Shown: positions 41,701 through 55,196 of the stretch, one piece after another | Layout: each line of letters opens with the position of its first letter | Position numbering within the stretch: position 1 is the first letter of the stretch | Assembly (NCBI GenBank): GCA_000165425.1 | Contig: CT868058.1 | Span: 62,001-126,000, forward strand | Source: Paramecium tetraurelia | Lineage: Eukaryota | Length of the DNA: 64,000 nt | Direction: 5' to 3' | The notes under the pieces: model-generated | What the model saw: the letters and a program-made list of their open reading frames with translations, nothing else | Told to the model about the DNA's origin: nothing | Database searches by the model: none | Position numbers and translations under genes: made by a program

Positions 41701-43707
41701 TCAGATTTAATGTATCCAAAGAGATTGCAACAGGAAAGATTTAAATTAATAATTTAGGCAAATCTCTCCTAAGCTGTAGATACCATTACGATGGCATTAG
41801 ATTCAAAACACAAATCCTCATTACTCAATAGTTATATCGTTTACTAATTCCTTAATTTTAGATTTTGTAATTATAATTTTTTAGATTTTTCTAATAATTC
41901 CTCTCCAAAGTCTTCATCTTGGAGTACTTCAATGATAAATTTAGCATATAATCTCATAGCTTTCGGTAAATTTTAAGTCATCTTCTACATTTTATTCCAT
42001 AATTCTTCAACTTAAATAATTGCTAAATTGATTTTTGAACCTATATCATTCATTTTACCTAAATCAGGTTAATCTTCCTATAATTATGCCCAAAAATCCA
42101 TATGCATTAATGTTGTTCTCTCAATCATATTCTAAAATAATCTCATGTTGTTTTAAAAGTTTAATTCTGTTGCGACATCTAAATTACTTATATTTTCATT
42201 TTATGCTAAACTCATCTCGAATTCAATTATCTATTTATACCTATAAATTATGAATTCTTAATCAAAACTTGGGCATTACTATTCTGCTTATAGCAATTCA
42301 TTAACTGCTTGTTATCTTTATTTCATAAGATCAAAGAGAAATATTGAATATCTTATTCTTAGGGATATATCATTAGGGAACTTCTTGATTTAATTAAAAT
42401 AGATTTAACCTAACACCATTAATAAGTCAATATCTCTTTCTGATACTATTTGATCTTTAAAGAAAGACTTCTAGATCCTTTGATTTTGAGATCGTTTTTA
42501 TTTGAGATAGCAATCTTCCTTGGCACATGTAGCTCTGTGTATTTCAAGGAAGCCATCAATCATCAATTATGAATCAGGATCTTAGGCTTTATGTAATTTA
42601 ATTAAGTAGTCTGTCAAATTGAGCACTTCTTAAGGGTCAGAAACCTTATTTAAGTTGGTTAATAGCAATTCATAGTTTAATTTATCAGCTTTCAATACTG
42701 CTGCAGTCATGAAAGGCAGACCGAATAGCCATGCATAGATAGTTCCAAAAAACAATTGACCTTCTAAGAATTTAGCAAAACATAAGAGTATGACTCCCCA
42801 CATGTTGACTGCAGACAGGATAGACCAAGCTTTGGCTATGTACTTATTGTTGTGAGGGTTTTCAACATGCATTTTCCAAAAGACCAAAAAACTTCCAATT
42901 GCTATCATAAATATGAATAGATAGTCATATGATTTCTAAGTCATAAATGTATAGCAGATTATCATGATAAGTTCGTAGGTAAGAAAAATAGCGAGATATC
43001 TGCCATTCTTCTTTGATTGTGGGTTCATTGGCAAAAAACGAGGTTCAAAGTATAAAAGTGCAAATGTGATGCAAAAAAGATAAAAAAAGATAATGCCAAA
43101 TATGGAGACAATCCCATGAACTATATGTGTTCCTTCCCAACAGGTAATGTCTGAAAATAATGAATGCACCAACCTTCCTGTTTCATCTTCAGCGCAAGCA
43201 AAGATTGAAAAGAATACATCCATTATTGGCATGTATAAAATTGATAAAAACAGCTTAATTAAAGCTTTCAACATTTGCACTATCAAAGAGATGCTGGATT
43301 TCAAGCGATAATTGAGCAAAATTATTAGCATGTAACCAATTAAGACTAAACCTAAGCAAGTATACATCATTGAAATCAATCCAATAAAGGAAAGCATTTC
43401 AAAGTATGGAACCAACATTGAATAACTTCTTTACATCATAGTATTACCCTAAAACTTTGTTAATTTAGCGTGAAACTTCATAAGTCATCCAAACTGGCCA
43501 TATTTGACGATTGAATAGGATGTATGTTACCTAGAAAAACTGCACAATTATAGCTAAAATGCTTAATAACATTGAGGGTTCATCATTCTATAACAATAAT
43601 TATGTGACTGTGAAGTATATTAATTTGATTTCATTTAACAGTTTATCTGTCTTAGATTTATGTAAATCAAAAGATGATTTGCCACCGAAGTTAGATTTTA
43701 ATTCCAT
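38793..43707 (-). CDS. multi-TM PAS-domain protein (TmcB/TmcC-like), paralog B
   Basis: Same architecture; PAS FGYIKSEMINRKVNIFMPNLYSKFHD, C-terminal IWRTRSMILMIP. Confidence 0.85.
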
Positions 43708-44259
43708 TTTATTTAATAGGTTTGAAAATAATCAGGCACAATTTAATTCTTAAATAAGAAAACAAACTTCATTCCGAAACACTCATTCCTACATTAATTG
43801 TAGATAAGAAGACTAGCTAGATCATTTAGTTGTTTGGCAGTAACTCAAATATTTAGAATATGTATTCTAGATTTTTATCAGAAACCATTTAAAAACCACA
43901 ATTTAATAATTTCTTTATCAAGACAACCATTTTTCTATTATTTTCTATACAATATGAAATTAAAAATCAAAACTAATATTTATAATAATTATAAATATCT
44001 TATCAAATTCAAGTCTTGTCTTTTTTGTTTGATTGATATTCTCAATAATTTAATAAAAGTTGATTAAAAATGATTACAATATTTTATTATTTATTTACAA
44101 GATAATTTATAATAATATCAACAAATTGCCAGCCATATTAATTAAATATGAATGTGAGAGTTGCATCAATTTTCTATTGCTTACATACTTATATACAGAT
44201 GTATGAGAGTTATATAATAGTTATTTATCTAAATAAACTTGATGATTTTATTTTATATA

Positions 44260-47219
44260 TCAATTTAATGTTAAAATAAATCCTATTGCTTAATATAATA
44301 ATGGCATTAATGTGGGATGAGGAACTTATAGTTGCAAATTGATTGCAGTTGGTGAATGGATTACATTTACCAATAATGGCATTCCATTAACTAATGATGC
44401 TGCATAGGATAGTAATTCAACACCCCTTTCATCCTTTCTCACTCCAATTAAGAAAAAGTAATTGCGCTCCAACTTCTCTTTCATCTAAAATTATGATCTG
44501 AATTTAGTACTCTTTATGGATCGATTTAAATCTAAAGAACTTCCTGTTTTCTGGCTTGATTTTATGCTTGGCTCAATTCAATGAACTTTTGTTAAGTAAT
44601 GCTTGCGGTGCTACTCTAAAATAATAAGTTATTCTAATACAAATAAAACACTTAAAGACATTGGGATAAGGAAATAGAATACATCCAAATTAGTCTTTAG
44701 AGCAACTTAAATTTTGTATGGCATTTAAGGAGGTTCTTCAGCAGCTGGACCATTAGTATTGATGGATGAGTATGTAACTTGAGTTTAACCTGGAAATACA
44801 GGTTAACATGGTATTTCAATAGAATCAGGTTATAATTTGAATGGATTTTTATTGAACTTCAATCCGAATTCTGAAAATGTTTTATCTTAGGTTTTATTTG
44901 TGATTCTTAGATCTAGTACAATTTTGTCGCCATTCTTTTGGAAGGCAGCTTCAATTGATAATCCTTAAATCTGTGTTTATGATCCTGGAGTATTAGCAGT
45001 TAAGACCTCAGCAAAAGGTACTCTAATATTTTAGGTTTAATTGGGTTATAAGGTTTATTAAGGAGGTATTTATTATTATTATTAAGGTATTTATTATTAT
45101 TATGGTATTTATTGTTATTATGGTTCATCTAATTCTAATAAATCAATTTTTTAAGAAACTTATTATATTTATGATTGTTGAACTTAAGATTAAATCTATG
45201 ATGATGTATCATAACTATTTTCATAGACTTTGGATTATCCTCCCTATGAATCACTATAATCTTCAGGTCTTCCTTCCATCAATTCTTCCTGATCATAGAC
45301 CTCATCAACTTTATCAGCAATTTTGGAATTTAACACATCTCTCAATTTCTTAACAAAGCTTTCAGGTTTCTTAGTATAGACCGAACTCAAGTTTCCAATA
45401 TTTTCGATTAATTTATCTAAGAGTTCATTTTCAATTGTATAACTGGAATCAGAGATAGTTGGTCTTTCTGTAAAAACTATTTTTTTGGCTAATTCTGGAT
45501 CTGTAGATAACATTCTCCAATAAATATATGCTCTGTCTCTGAGATCTGGGTTTTCACATTCAATAGTGGCTGTTTTAAGAAGATTGTGTATTAATTCTTT
45601 TCCATCATTGGGTCTTTATAAAAACAATTTCATGACGGCAACTAGTATTTGATGTTAGACATTGGCAGGTTCATCTTTGAAGCTTAGAATAAGTAAATCA
45701 AATACTTTTCGCCGAAATTGGACAAGAGAGCATCTGCATTTTCAATGGTATCAACATATTCTCCGATAATCCAAATCATGGAAGCTTTGGCTTCTGGATC
45801 TTCAAGACTCTTGAGATTTTCACAAAGATCCTTAAGAATCATTTCATACTTTCTAGGGTATTTCCTAAAGATATCTCTAATGACAATGATGCTTTCCATA
45901 ACAACATAATTGACTTTTGTTTTAAGACATTCCCAAAGAGCTGTAACACACTTTTCGGCTGCTTTTTCCAATTTGATAGCACACCTTCCAATTGTTCTAA
46001 CTGCTTTTCTCACAAATTCTACATCTACTTCTTGAGTGTATTCTTTTAATTCATGTAAAATTTATTGGATGTTATCGTTATTGGCTAATTTTGCCAACAC
46101 TTCCAATTTTTACAATTTGATATAGATTGGATCATTAAAATTACAAAAGAATACTTTGATATCTTTTTCAATGATGATTGGTCTCTTTTGAATGATCAAA
46201 TTAATATTTTTTAATGCAACATATTAAATTTCTGGTTCTTTGCCCAAACTTAAAAGTGAAATCAGTGGGGCAGTCATTTTCAATGCATTTTGTCTAATGG
46301 TTTCTGGATTTTAAAGATAATCCAAAAATTTCATCATAATTTTGCATGCTGATAACACGACTCCTGGATTGTTGTGATTCAATCTGGGACTGACTCTCTC
46401 TAGGATTCTTAAAATACTATTATAAATTACGCTTCTGCTTCTTTTCCATCTTCAGGAATATACATAGCCAAAGCATCTAAACAATATATAACACCCCATT
46501 CATTGCATTCATTCATAGCTGTTAATATTTTTTAAATAGTGAATGAATTCAATTGTAGCATAGTCGTTCCTTTTGATTCTTGAACAATCAACAATGCACA
46601 GACTGCATTTGCAACAACCATTGCATTTCCATCATTTAAGAGATTCTCCAGAAGCTTCAATAAACCCTATTCTTCAATGAGTTCTGGTGACACATCATAC
46701 AATTTGGAAATGCAAATAGCTGCTGTTTTTCTTACGTATGAATCTTCATCCTTATTATATTTTTGGATAAATTACTTTGATGGATTCTTTCAATGGATCC
46801 AATAAATATTCTGTAATCAACTTTACTCTGATACATCCCATTGTTCTGATAGCCAATGCTCTCAGAAATGGGTTTGTCTTGTCTCTTGCATCTTTACGGA
46901 AACTGTTGACAGCCATGACAGCAAGATCAGGCATAATTTTTTGCATAATTGATGATGTACAAGTACACTAGCTTTTTTAATTCTAAATTTGAGGTTTCCA
47001 TATTCTTTGCCACATCTGGAAATAGCATACTGACATCTTTGCCTCTTGTCATGGCATCGATAATCTAAGGATTATAATTCAAAGTACTTTTCTGATGGCA
47101 TCTCTTTTAGACTCTATTTTGTTCTGATTCAAGGCGTCTTGCAATTCTTTGACTTCTTTTCCATATCTGGATCTCGAACTTCTACTGCTGCTTGAAGTTG
47201 AAGCTGAAGGACGACTCAT
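44260..47219 (-). CDS. AP-1/AP-2 beta-adaptin (one apparent +1 indel)
   Basis: [38 protein letters not shown] and [13 protein letters not shown]; hinge with LLELD clathrin-box-like motif and appendage; extra T in the run at 46937-46942. Confidence 0.92.
45056..45126 (-). repeat. coding (PQQQQI)x3 repeat in the adaptin hinge
   Basis: TAA-encoded Gln runs: DEPQQQQIPQQQQIPQQQQQIPPQQ. Confidence 0.85.
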
Positions 47220-47256
47220 GCAATTTTAATTTAAAAAATATCTTTATATATATAAG

Positions 47257-47875
47257 TGATCTGGTGAAAAAATTCCCCTTATTATTCCTTGAATATCCTG
47301 GATTTGTGCTTTTGGAATGGTAGTCATTTATAATGTATGGCAATTTACCCACTCCAGGCAAATTCACACTTATTATTACAATACTAAATTTACTGATGGG
47401 TTTCGTAATTCTTCAACACCTGCAATCGCTTGAGATTCTTCACTTGTTCTAAGAGCTCTCCTTTTTTCAAAAAGATCTCACTGTCTCTCATCAAAGTATC
47501 AATGATTGGATTTTGTTTAGTGCTTTTAGGAATTGAATTTGTTCTCTCATCAAACATCAAACTCTCCTTGAATTTCTTTAAACTCATACTCTATTTTAGT
47601 ATAGGCAACTCAGTATGTACTGGTGCTTCTTCTCTGATAACTTACTTTTCTATTTGTTTTTATTCCTCCTGTGAGCACTCCTTCTGTTCAAGGAGAGGTT
47701 GAGCCGTTACTCTTTGAGTTTTGTGACCCCAAAACCTATCGATCATTGAGACATGTGGGATTGATTTGTCTTTTTCAATCAAATCAGTGACTCTGGTGCT
47801 GTCTTCTACAAGAAATACTTGATATTTGTTATTGATTGGCAAAGGATCATCACGATATCTGGATGTACTTGACAT
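47257..47875 (-). CDS. hypothetical protein ending NDYHSKSTNPGYSRNNKGNFFTR (expected stop reads TCA)
   Basis: Open frame with one 25-nt intron; no TGA before the adaptin ATG. Confidence 0.7.
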
Positions 47876-48048
47876 TTTTTAATGGATAATTTTGTAATTT
47901 TTGGAGGACATTAAATATAAAATAATATTTTATGTAAAAATAAGATAGAATTAATATGCACCACTCAAAAAAGATTAGTTCTTCTGATGTGTTCATTTAT
48001 GTGTACCAAATTAATTAATCTTATTAGTTAATATTAAATATACGTTTT

Positions 48049-48724
48049 ATGAAATTGAATTATTTGCTGCTGGGACTCTTCATGTCTCTTATCGAAACCA
48101 TCGGTAATTTCAAGTATCCTTAATCATCTATGTTAGAGATATGAGCAAAGAGAATCAGAAAATCTAATTGCAGATGAGTAACAAACAACATCAAATTAAG
48201 AGAGTCAAAAAAATAATAGATGACCAAGAACAATGGTTTGAGGGTAATACAAATCACAATTAATAGAATTCTTTGAATATTACGAAGAAGTTATCTATGA
48301 GTATGATGAGTAAGATCCAGATGAACTCAGTCTTGGATCGTAGATGGATTTAGAACATTTAATTGAGAACTACGATATACCTGAGGATTGTTACGAGGAA
48401 AATGTGAGTATCTATGAATATTACGATGCCAGCGAGGAAACTCAGAAAGTTGATACGAATAAAAAACCTAATCAGAAGACTGAAAATGAAAATAACTTCT
48501 AAGTTTTTAATTTAGGAGAAGAAGAATTTATTACTTTGGTAGACGATCATCAAGAAATTTTGGACGAAGACATCTTAACTATGAAAAAACCAATTGAAAA
48601 TGAGGGTCATTAAAAACATTCCAAGAAGGAGAGTCATCATAATAAAAAATCAAGTAATAAAAAAAAAATTAAGATCAAAAATAAGAAGAAGAATGTTAAA
48701 AAATAAAAAAAGAAGTAGAAGTGA
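48049..48724 (+). CDS. hypothetical protein: hydrophobic N-terminus, acidic middle, Lys-rich tail
   Basis: MKLNYLLLGLFMSLI...; two 23-nt introns restore the frame. Confidence 0.7.
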
Positions 48725-48736
48725 CTTACAATTATT

Positions 48737-51383
48737 TCATATAGACAATAAACTAATTGATTAACAAATCATATCGATCTTACCTATTGGAACATATTCT
48801 TTTAAAGCATTCAATTTCAAGTATAGTAATTGTGTGAATTATCTCAAATTATCATCCACTGGAGTAGTTCTCAATATTCTATTTATTTATTATATTGTTT
48901 ATACTAATTTAATTGTGGCAGCATCTCTAATATAGTCTCCAATGTATCACTTTATTCAACTATCTAACAAATTACCAGCAAATATCCATATAATGGTATC
49001 TGTTATTCATAAATGAATTTCTTTAATATCATCAATTGTCTATTCCCCTCATATGATTGCAATTCCAAAAGCAGAAACAAAAACAGATTCTCGTGGTTGA
49101 ATGAAATCAACAAAATCTTGCATACAAACTATAATAAAATTATGTGAATTACATCATCTAATTTATTTTTGTAAGCCATCTTTATGATCTACCTTAAAGA
49201 ATAAGGGATCACCTTGTCCACTTCCATCTTTGTATTTTGTTCTATTAAATAAAATAGCAATTCAAACAGGTGTTTAATGTTGATCAATTCCAATTTAAAT
49301 TATGATTCCGGCTATATTTATTCTAAAATCTCAGAAACTATAATGAACAATGATTTATTGTTTTCTACCTTCCATTAATACTTATATTGATTGTTTCCCA
49401 TGACTGTATCTTTTATGAATTATATAGTGCAGGTGTCCATCTACATTGAAATCATAAAGAAAGTGTGAAGCTTCACTAATTACTTTGCCAGTGTTGACTA
49501 ATCAAAGGCGCACATATTGTAGGATTACTTGCAAAGGTCAATAGGAAGACTTTTCTTAGATGCAATGTATTGATATAATAGCTGATATAATTGATCTACA
49601 TTTGCAGTGTCATTTTATTTGATGCATTTCTCAATAAAATTCAACAAAAAATAATACATATGTTAATCTAAGGTAGGTTTGTATTCGACAAAAAAGTTAA
49701 TTACTATCTAGTAATAGTAGATTTACTGATTTCTTATGCAAGATTCAAGGATGGCATAAAATAAGATGGAATTTGAATCAACTAATTAATATGATTCTTC
49801 AAGAAGTGATTTTAATTGTTTACACAAGTTCAACCTGTTCTCTTATTTATTATTACTCTGGAACTCTTTCAAAAACAACAAAGTCCCAGTTACTATGCCT
49901 GATTTATAATTTTTTAGGAGATTTTAAAATAGAATTGTTTAAGTCTATGGCAAAATGCCGAATTCTAAATTTAAGAACATTGCTAAATGCTACAAGATTT
50001 GACTTTCCTTGATCTACAGATTTGATAATAAAGTTATTAATTGACCGAATTATTTTGTCAATCTAGTATCACTTTGCAAAATTGGGGATTATCAGTAAGA
50101 TCATTATGAAAAAACTCATCTAAACATACTTCTTAGTATTTTCCTATGTGTTGCACAATGGTGAAAACCAATTAACACAAATCAATTATATTTCCAATAA
50201 AGATTATGACTCAATGATGTAATTTGATCATCATTGAAGTTGTTGATGTTGAGTAATTATGGAAAGTCGATGAGCATCTGGATGAATGTCTTTACTTAGT
50301 TTCATTATGTTCTACTGATTCGATGCCCTGAGGATTAAGTTGTACTTGAATTGAAACCATTGGTTCATTAATATGAAATTGATTGGATACAAGGAAATAT
50401 TCTAACTCAATTCTTTAAGGAGGATCAAAATATCAGTAACTGTGTGCATTAGGTTATTATCCAGGAATTGTTAGAACATCTTATTGACTTGATTTCTCAC
50501 TTTTTCAAAATCGATTTCTGATTAGAGCTCTTTGATTTTCACAATTAAGATGAGGAGTTAAATTTCAAGGGGAGTTGTTTTCTATAAGTCATATTGTTTG
50601 CTGTATTGAATGAAATCAGTTATTTTATTTAATTTATAGTACGATAGTAAGATACATTGATTGCATTGGTTGAGGTAATTCTGATCCGATTTCTTGAGTT
50701 CCTCTTTGATGTTAAGACAAACTGATATAACAGTTTCAAGATTCTTGTTCTCCTCAACCAATTGACAGCATTATTGCAAGATTAAGTAGTAGGAGTATAT
50801 TATTAGGTTTGCTTAGGAATCGACTAATTTATGTTTTTTTTAGTCGAATTTAATAATGTATTGATAAAATTGATCTATTTTTTCACTTGAATTGAATTAA
50901 TTAATTTTGTAAAGCAGCATGCTAATTTATGAGATTTTGTTACAATCTATGCACTATTCAAATTTGTAGCATTGTTCTAGAGCAGTTAATGTCAATTCGT
51001 TTGGTTAATATATTTTTAGGTACAGTATTTTTTTTTATAAGACTTCAAATAGATAAAAGTATTCTTAGAGTAAATTTTAGTTTGAAATGTAAATGAAGGA
51101 ATTGATCAACATCACCTGAACTTATATCATAGGCGTAATGTATATGTCATTTTCATCTTATTTTATTGATAAATGATCTTCTATTTAATTGAACCAATTG
51201 ATTAGCAATCTAATAGCTACTAGTGACAATTTCATACATGGGGTCTTGCACTATCTTCCTCTGGTCTTGCTGTAACACCTTGTTCATATCGAAATCTAAG
51301 AATTGTTACACTTCTGAAACAAGACCATCGCAAGGTTATTGTAATTGAAGTACTTCAATAAAACACTCTATCGAATTAAGCAT
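48737..51383 (-). pseudogene. large helical hypothetical gene with several frame breaks (pseudogene or assembly errors)
   Basis: Long protein-like frames switch near 51230 and several times within 50050-50300. Confidence 0.55.
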
Positions 51384-51453
51384 AATATTTAATTAAATAA
51401 TGGGTAATTGTAATCTGTATATATATAATAGCTCATCTTGTTTCTCCCCAACC

Positions 51454-51788
51454 TCAATGAAATATGAAACCATTTTCATTTCCTCTGAGAGCATGTTGAA
51501 TTTTTGGCTATACACAAGCCTCGACACAAGTCACTAAATCCCTGTATGGATACATCTATTGTAAACATCGGATCAATAACATACGCAATTCTTTTCAGGA
51601 TCAGCATTTTTCAAAGACAAGAATGCTTTCACACATCTGTCATATTTGTCATCGTACCACTTACACTAAGGTCTGCAATATTAGATAAGTAAATCCTTAG
51701 GATCTTTGCCCTATTCCAACATTGTCTTTATGGCTGATGGGTAATTCTCATTAATTTTTCCCTCTCCAAAATTAACCTAATTAGACAT
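51454..51788 (-). CDS. QCR6: cytochrome bc1 hinge subunit
   Basis: DPKDLLIQYCRPQC...YDRCV...EKNC...DLVTCVEACVQPKI Cys pattern; one 29-nt intron. Confidence 0.88.
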
Positions 51789-52330
51789 CTCTCTACAAAT
51801 TAATTTAATAAATATCTTTCTTTATTTTGACATTATTAAATAAACATATGAGCATATATTGACTACAACTTTCTCTCCCATTCAAACATACCTAATACTT
51901 ATAGAATATTTATTGTAATCTCTAAAATTATTATTAAAAAGTCCTAATTGAAAATGCTTTAACAATTTTCTCTTCAAAAGGATTTGTTTTGATGACTCTA
52001 CAATTTCATTTAAGTTAATAAGTAATGCTTAAAAATATAATAAATTTTTGTTGGTTCTTTTTTTGAAAATCAAATAAGCCCATATAAAAAATAATCTAAA
52101 CTATCTTTTAACTTTGCAAAATCCAAATTTTATGTTAATTTTAATTTTGTTAACAAATGAAAAGCACAGAAAGAGCAGTATCTATTTAATTACAATAAAC
52201 AACATTTAAATTGATAAAGGAGTATCAATCAGAACTACGGATATAGAAAATAGAAGGGGGCAAAGACTTATGACAATATACAAGATGTTTGTTGGAAAAC
52301 ACTTTGCAATAGTATAATTAAGTAATTCAT

Positions 52331-52963
52331 TCATTATTTTAATTATTTAGTTTTTATGCAAAATATTTATTTCTTTCCCTATATACGACTCAAAATCTGG
52401 TCTTGTTGACTCTTTAATCTTTTAATCTCTTTTATCACTTGAGATTTATCATAATATTCATATCCAAATTTATTTTTCAATGCTCTTCCTATCTTAAGAC
52501 TGAAATTGTGACTATTGCCGAAAACATGTTATCCAAAAGTTTCTTCTATTATTTGAATCTCCTCATTTGATATGAATTGACCCAAAATTCGAAATCTATT
52601 TCTTGCTGCATTAAGTTTCTTAGCATATACCTTGATTGTAGCTCTTTTCTTTGCTCGCTTCATTCTAAACAACTCTGACTTCCTTTTCCTTGTCATATCT
52701 GTGATTTGACTTTGAAAATGAATGTCAATGGCTCTTCTCTTGTGTTTGCTTTCTAGAAGTGATTCAAATTATCGTATCACCTCCATTTCAGACAATGTGA
52801 AATTGTGAGCCTCCTTGAAATGCAGGATTTACTCTTGTAACTATCTAATCACATCCTTCTTGCTTGTAATAGATTCATTACCAATCATGAATTGTTCTGA
52901 TTCCAATTGTGGGTCAGTAAGAGTTTTAATAAAAGAAGTTAGAGGAGGACGAAAGAAATTCAT
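52331..52963 (-). CDS. hypothetical protein
   Basis: Open frame MNFFRPPLTSF...KQLKQ*; starts 12 bp from the divergent neighbour. Confidence 0.7.
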
Positions 52964-52975
52964 TTTTAATAATTT

Positions 52976-54076
52976 ATGTAAAAAAAAGTAATCTAAAAGT
53001 CTTCTACAGTCAAATAATTTGATGCTGCCTCCCCAGCTACTAAACTACTAGAAAAGAGAAGAAAGATGTACGAGATACATGAAGCCTACGAACATCAACA
53101 AGACGAATATAAGAAGTATTTTTATTGCTTAACAATTGCTAAGACAGGAAGAAGAATTCAAGAAATAAGAGGAATAAATACGAGAGAAGGACAAGTAGAT
53201 TTAGGAAGAATTGATTAAGTTTTGTAACTTCTTGCAGGAGAATGAGGCAAAGAAGAAGAGAGCATTGGTGAGGTTTCAAGAGGAGAAATCATATAAGGAA
53301 TAGAAGGAGAAGGAAATTTAGGATTTAACAGCTTAGTGGACTGATTTGCAGAGACATCAATAGAGATTGGAAAAGAAAGGTAAGCCATTTGAGTTCTTAT
53401 GTCTTAAGTTACATCTTTAAAGAAGTACGAGGATTATTTGGATAGCATCATAAAGCAATATCCAGAGTAGTATCATGATTTGCAATCCATTTTGGATAGG
53501 TATGCAACATTGACCAATTCCAATTCTAAGTTGGTTGAAGAACATTAGAATATGGAGAAGGAATTTGAGAAACTCAAATATGAGTCAACTTAATACGAGA
53601 AGGAGAAGAATCACGAGATTCTTTAATTAAATAATGACATAAAGGATTTGTAGAAGAAGTTGGAGGAGAAGGCATCTGAGAGAAATCAAATTTAAAGTGT
53701 TTATGAGGCAACAACTAATGATGCTTCATCTAAAAACTTAAGTTTGGGTAGAATATTGATGGCTGTTGACAATCTCTTTACGCGTTGTTAGGAAGGAACC
53801 TAGAGAATGAAGTAAGATTTCGAAGAGTACAAGTAGGATAAGCAAAATAAGGAGAAGGTGAAGGATAAAATTACAAATAATAAAATTCAAAATTAGGACT
53901 TATAGTTTAATGATGAGGACAATTATGAATTAAAAAGTTAATGATAAATCTTAATTTTAGGTTAACAAGCTGCATGGAAATTGAAACAAATTGTTCAATT
54001 TATGTCAGATTTCAAAAAGATTATTGATAATTGCAAAGGAGAATTGGGGAAAGCGAAAGAATAAAAAATTAAATGA
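52976..54076 (+). CDS. CFAP73/CCDC42-like (DUF4200) ciliary coiled-coil protein, copy 1
   Basis: SPATKLLEKRRKMYE, LIKFCNFLQENEAKKKRA, KKYEDYL, ILDRYATL, LGRILMAVDNL; 3 introns. Confidence 0.85.
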
Positions 54077-54098
54077 ATTAAATATATATATAATATTA

Positions 54099-55161
54099 AT
54101 GAATAAATAAGAGAAAAGAAAATTGCCTAATCATTTACAATATGACACTGTAAGTCCAGCCACTAAATTGCTCGAGAAGAGAAGAAAGATGTACGAAGTG
54201 CATGAGGCATTTGAAGCCCAGAGAGAAGAATTTAAGAAGTAAAGAAATAAACAAATTTTAGATAGGAAGATAAGTTTAAGTTGGAGGAGGAAAAGATTAG
54301 ATAGAAGGATATGGAAATTTAAGAGTCTTTGATTAAGTTTTGCAAATTTCTATAGGATAATGAGGCAAAAAAGAAGAGAGCTGAGGGAAGATTGGAGGAG
54401 GAACGAAGATAGAAAATATAGAAAGAAAAAGAAATTTAGGATTTGAATGGATAGTTGTAGGAGTTGGAAAAGAAATAATAAAAACTAGAGAAAAAAGGTA
54501 TCTTTACGTTTATATCAAAACAGTTACTTCAATGAAAAAATATGAAGAATACTTAGATAGTGTTGCAAAACAGTATCCAGAATAATATCATGATATGGCA
54601 TCAATTTTAGAGAGACATAGTACATTGTCGAGTTAGAATTAAAAATTGGTTGAAGAGCATTAATCAATGGAAAAAGAATATGAAACATTAAAATACATAT
54701 TAACCCAATCGGAGAAGGACAAGAGTCATGAAATTTTATAATTTAATAACGATATTAAGGAACTACAAAAAAAGTTGGAAGAAAAGGTAGCAGAGAGAAA
54801 TTAACTATATTAATTGGTTGAAGCATCAGCTAACGAAGCCTCATCTAAGAATTTGAGTTTGGGAAGAATTCTAATGGCTATAGATAATTTATTTAATAGA
54901 TGTTAGGAAGGAACCCAGAAGATTAAACATGAATTGGAAGAAACTAAATAGGAGAATAATAAAAAGGAGGATAAAAAAGTTAAGAAAGAGGACAGCAAGA
55001 AATAATAGAAAGATGAAAAAAAGGAAGAAGAAGAAGACAATTATGAAGTTAAAAGTTAATAGGCAATGTAGAAATTAAAGATTATATCTTTGTACTTAAA
55101 TGATTTTAAAAAGATTATTTAAGGATGTAAGGAAGATTATAAAAAAGCTTAAAACAAATGA
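54099..55161 (+). CDS. CFAP73/CCDC42-like protein, copy 2
   Basis: Same motifs; 2 introns; starts 22 bp after the copy 1 stop. Confidence 0.85.
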
Positions 55162-55196
55162 TTTTAATTATATATATAAATAAATAAACTAGATTA

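Noticed and set aside
46930..46945. Programmed +1 ribosomal frameshift in beta-adaptin
   Set aside because: It is not the Euplotes AAA-TAR context and such frameshifting is not established for Paramecium; a homopolymer indel is the simpler explanation.
50067..50097. 29-bp TA-bounded segment whose removal would repair one frame break (retained IES?)
   Set aside because: The ends (TATCAC / TACTGA) fit TAYAG poorly, TA pairs are abundant here, and the same gene has other breaks this would not fix.
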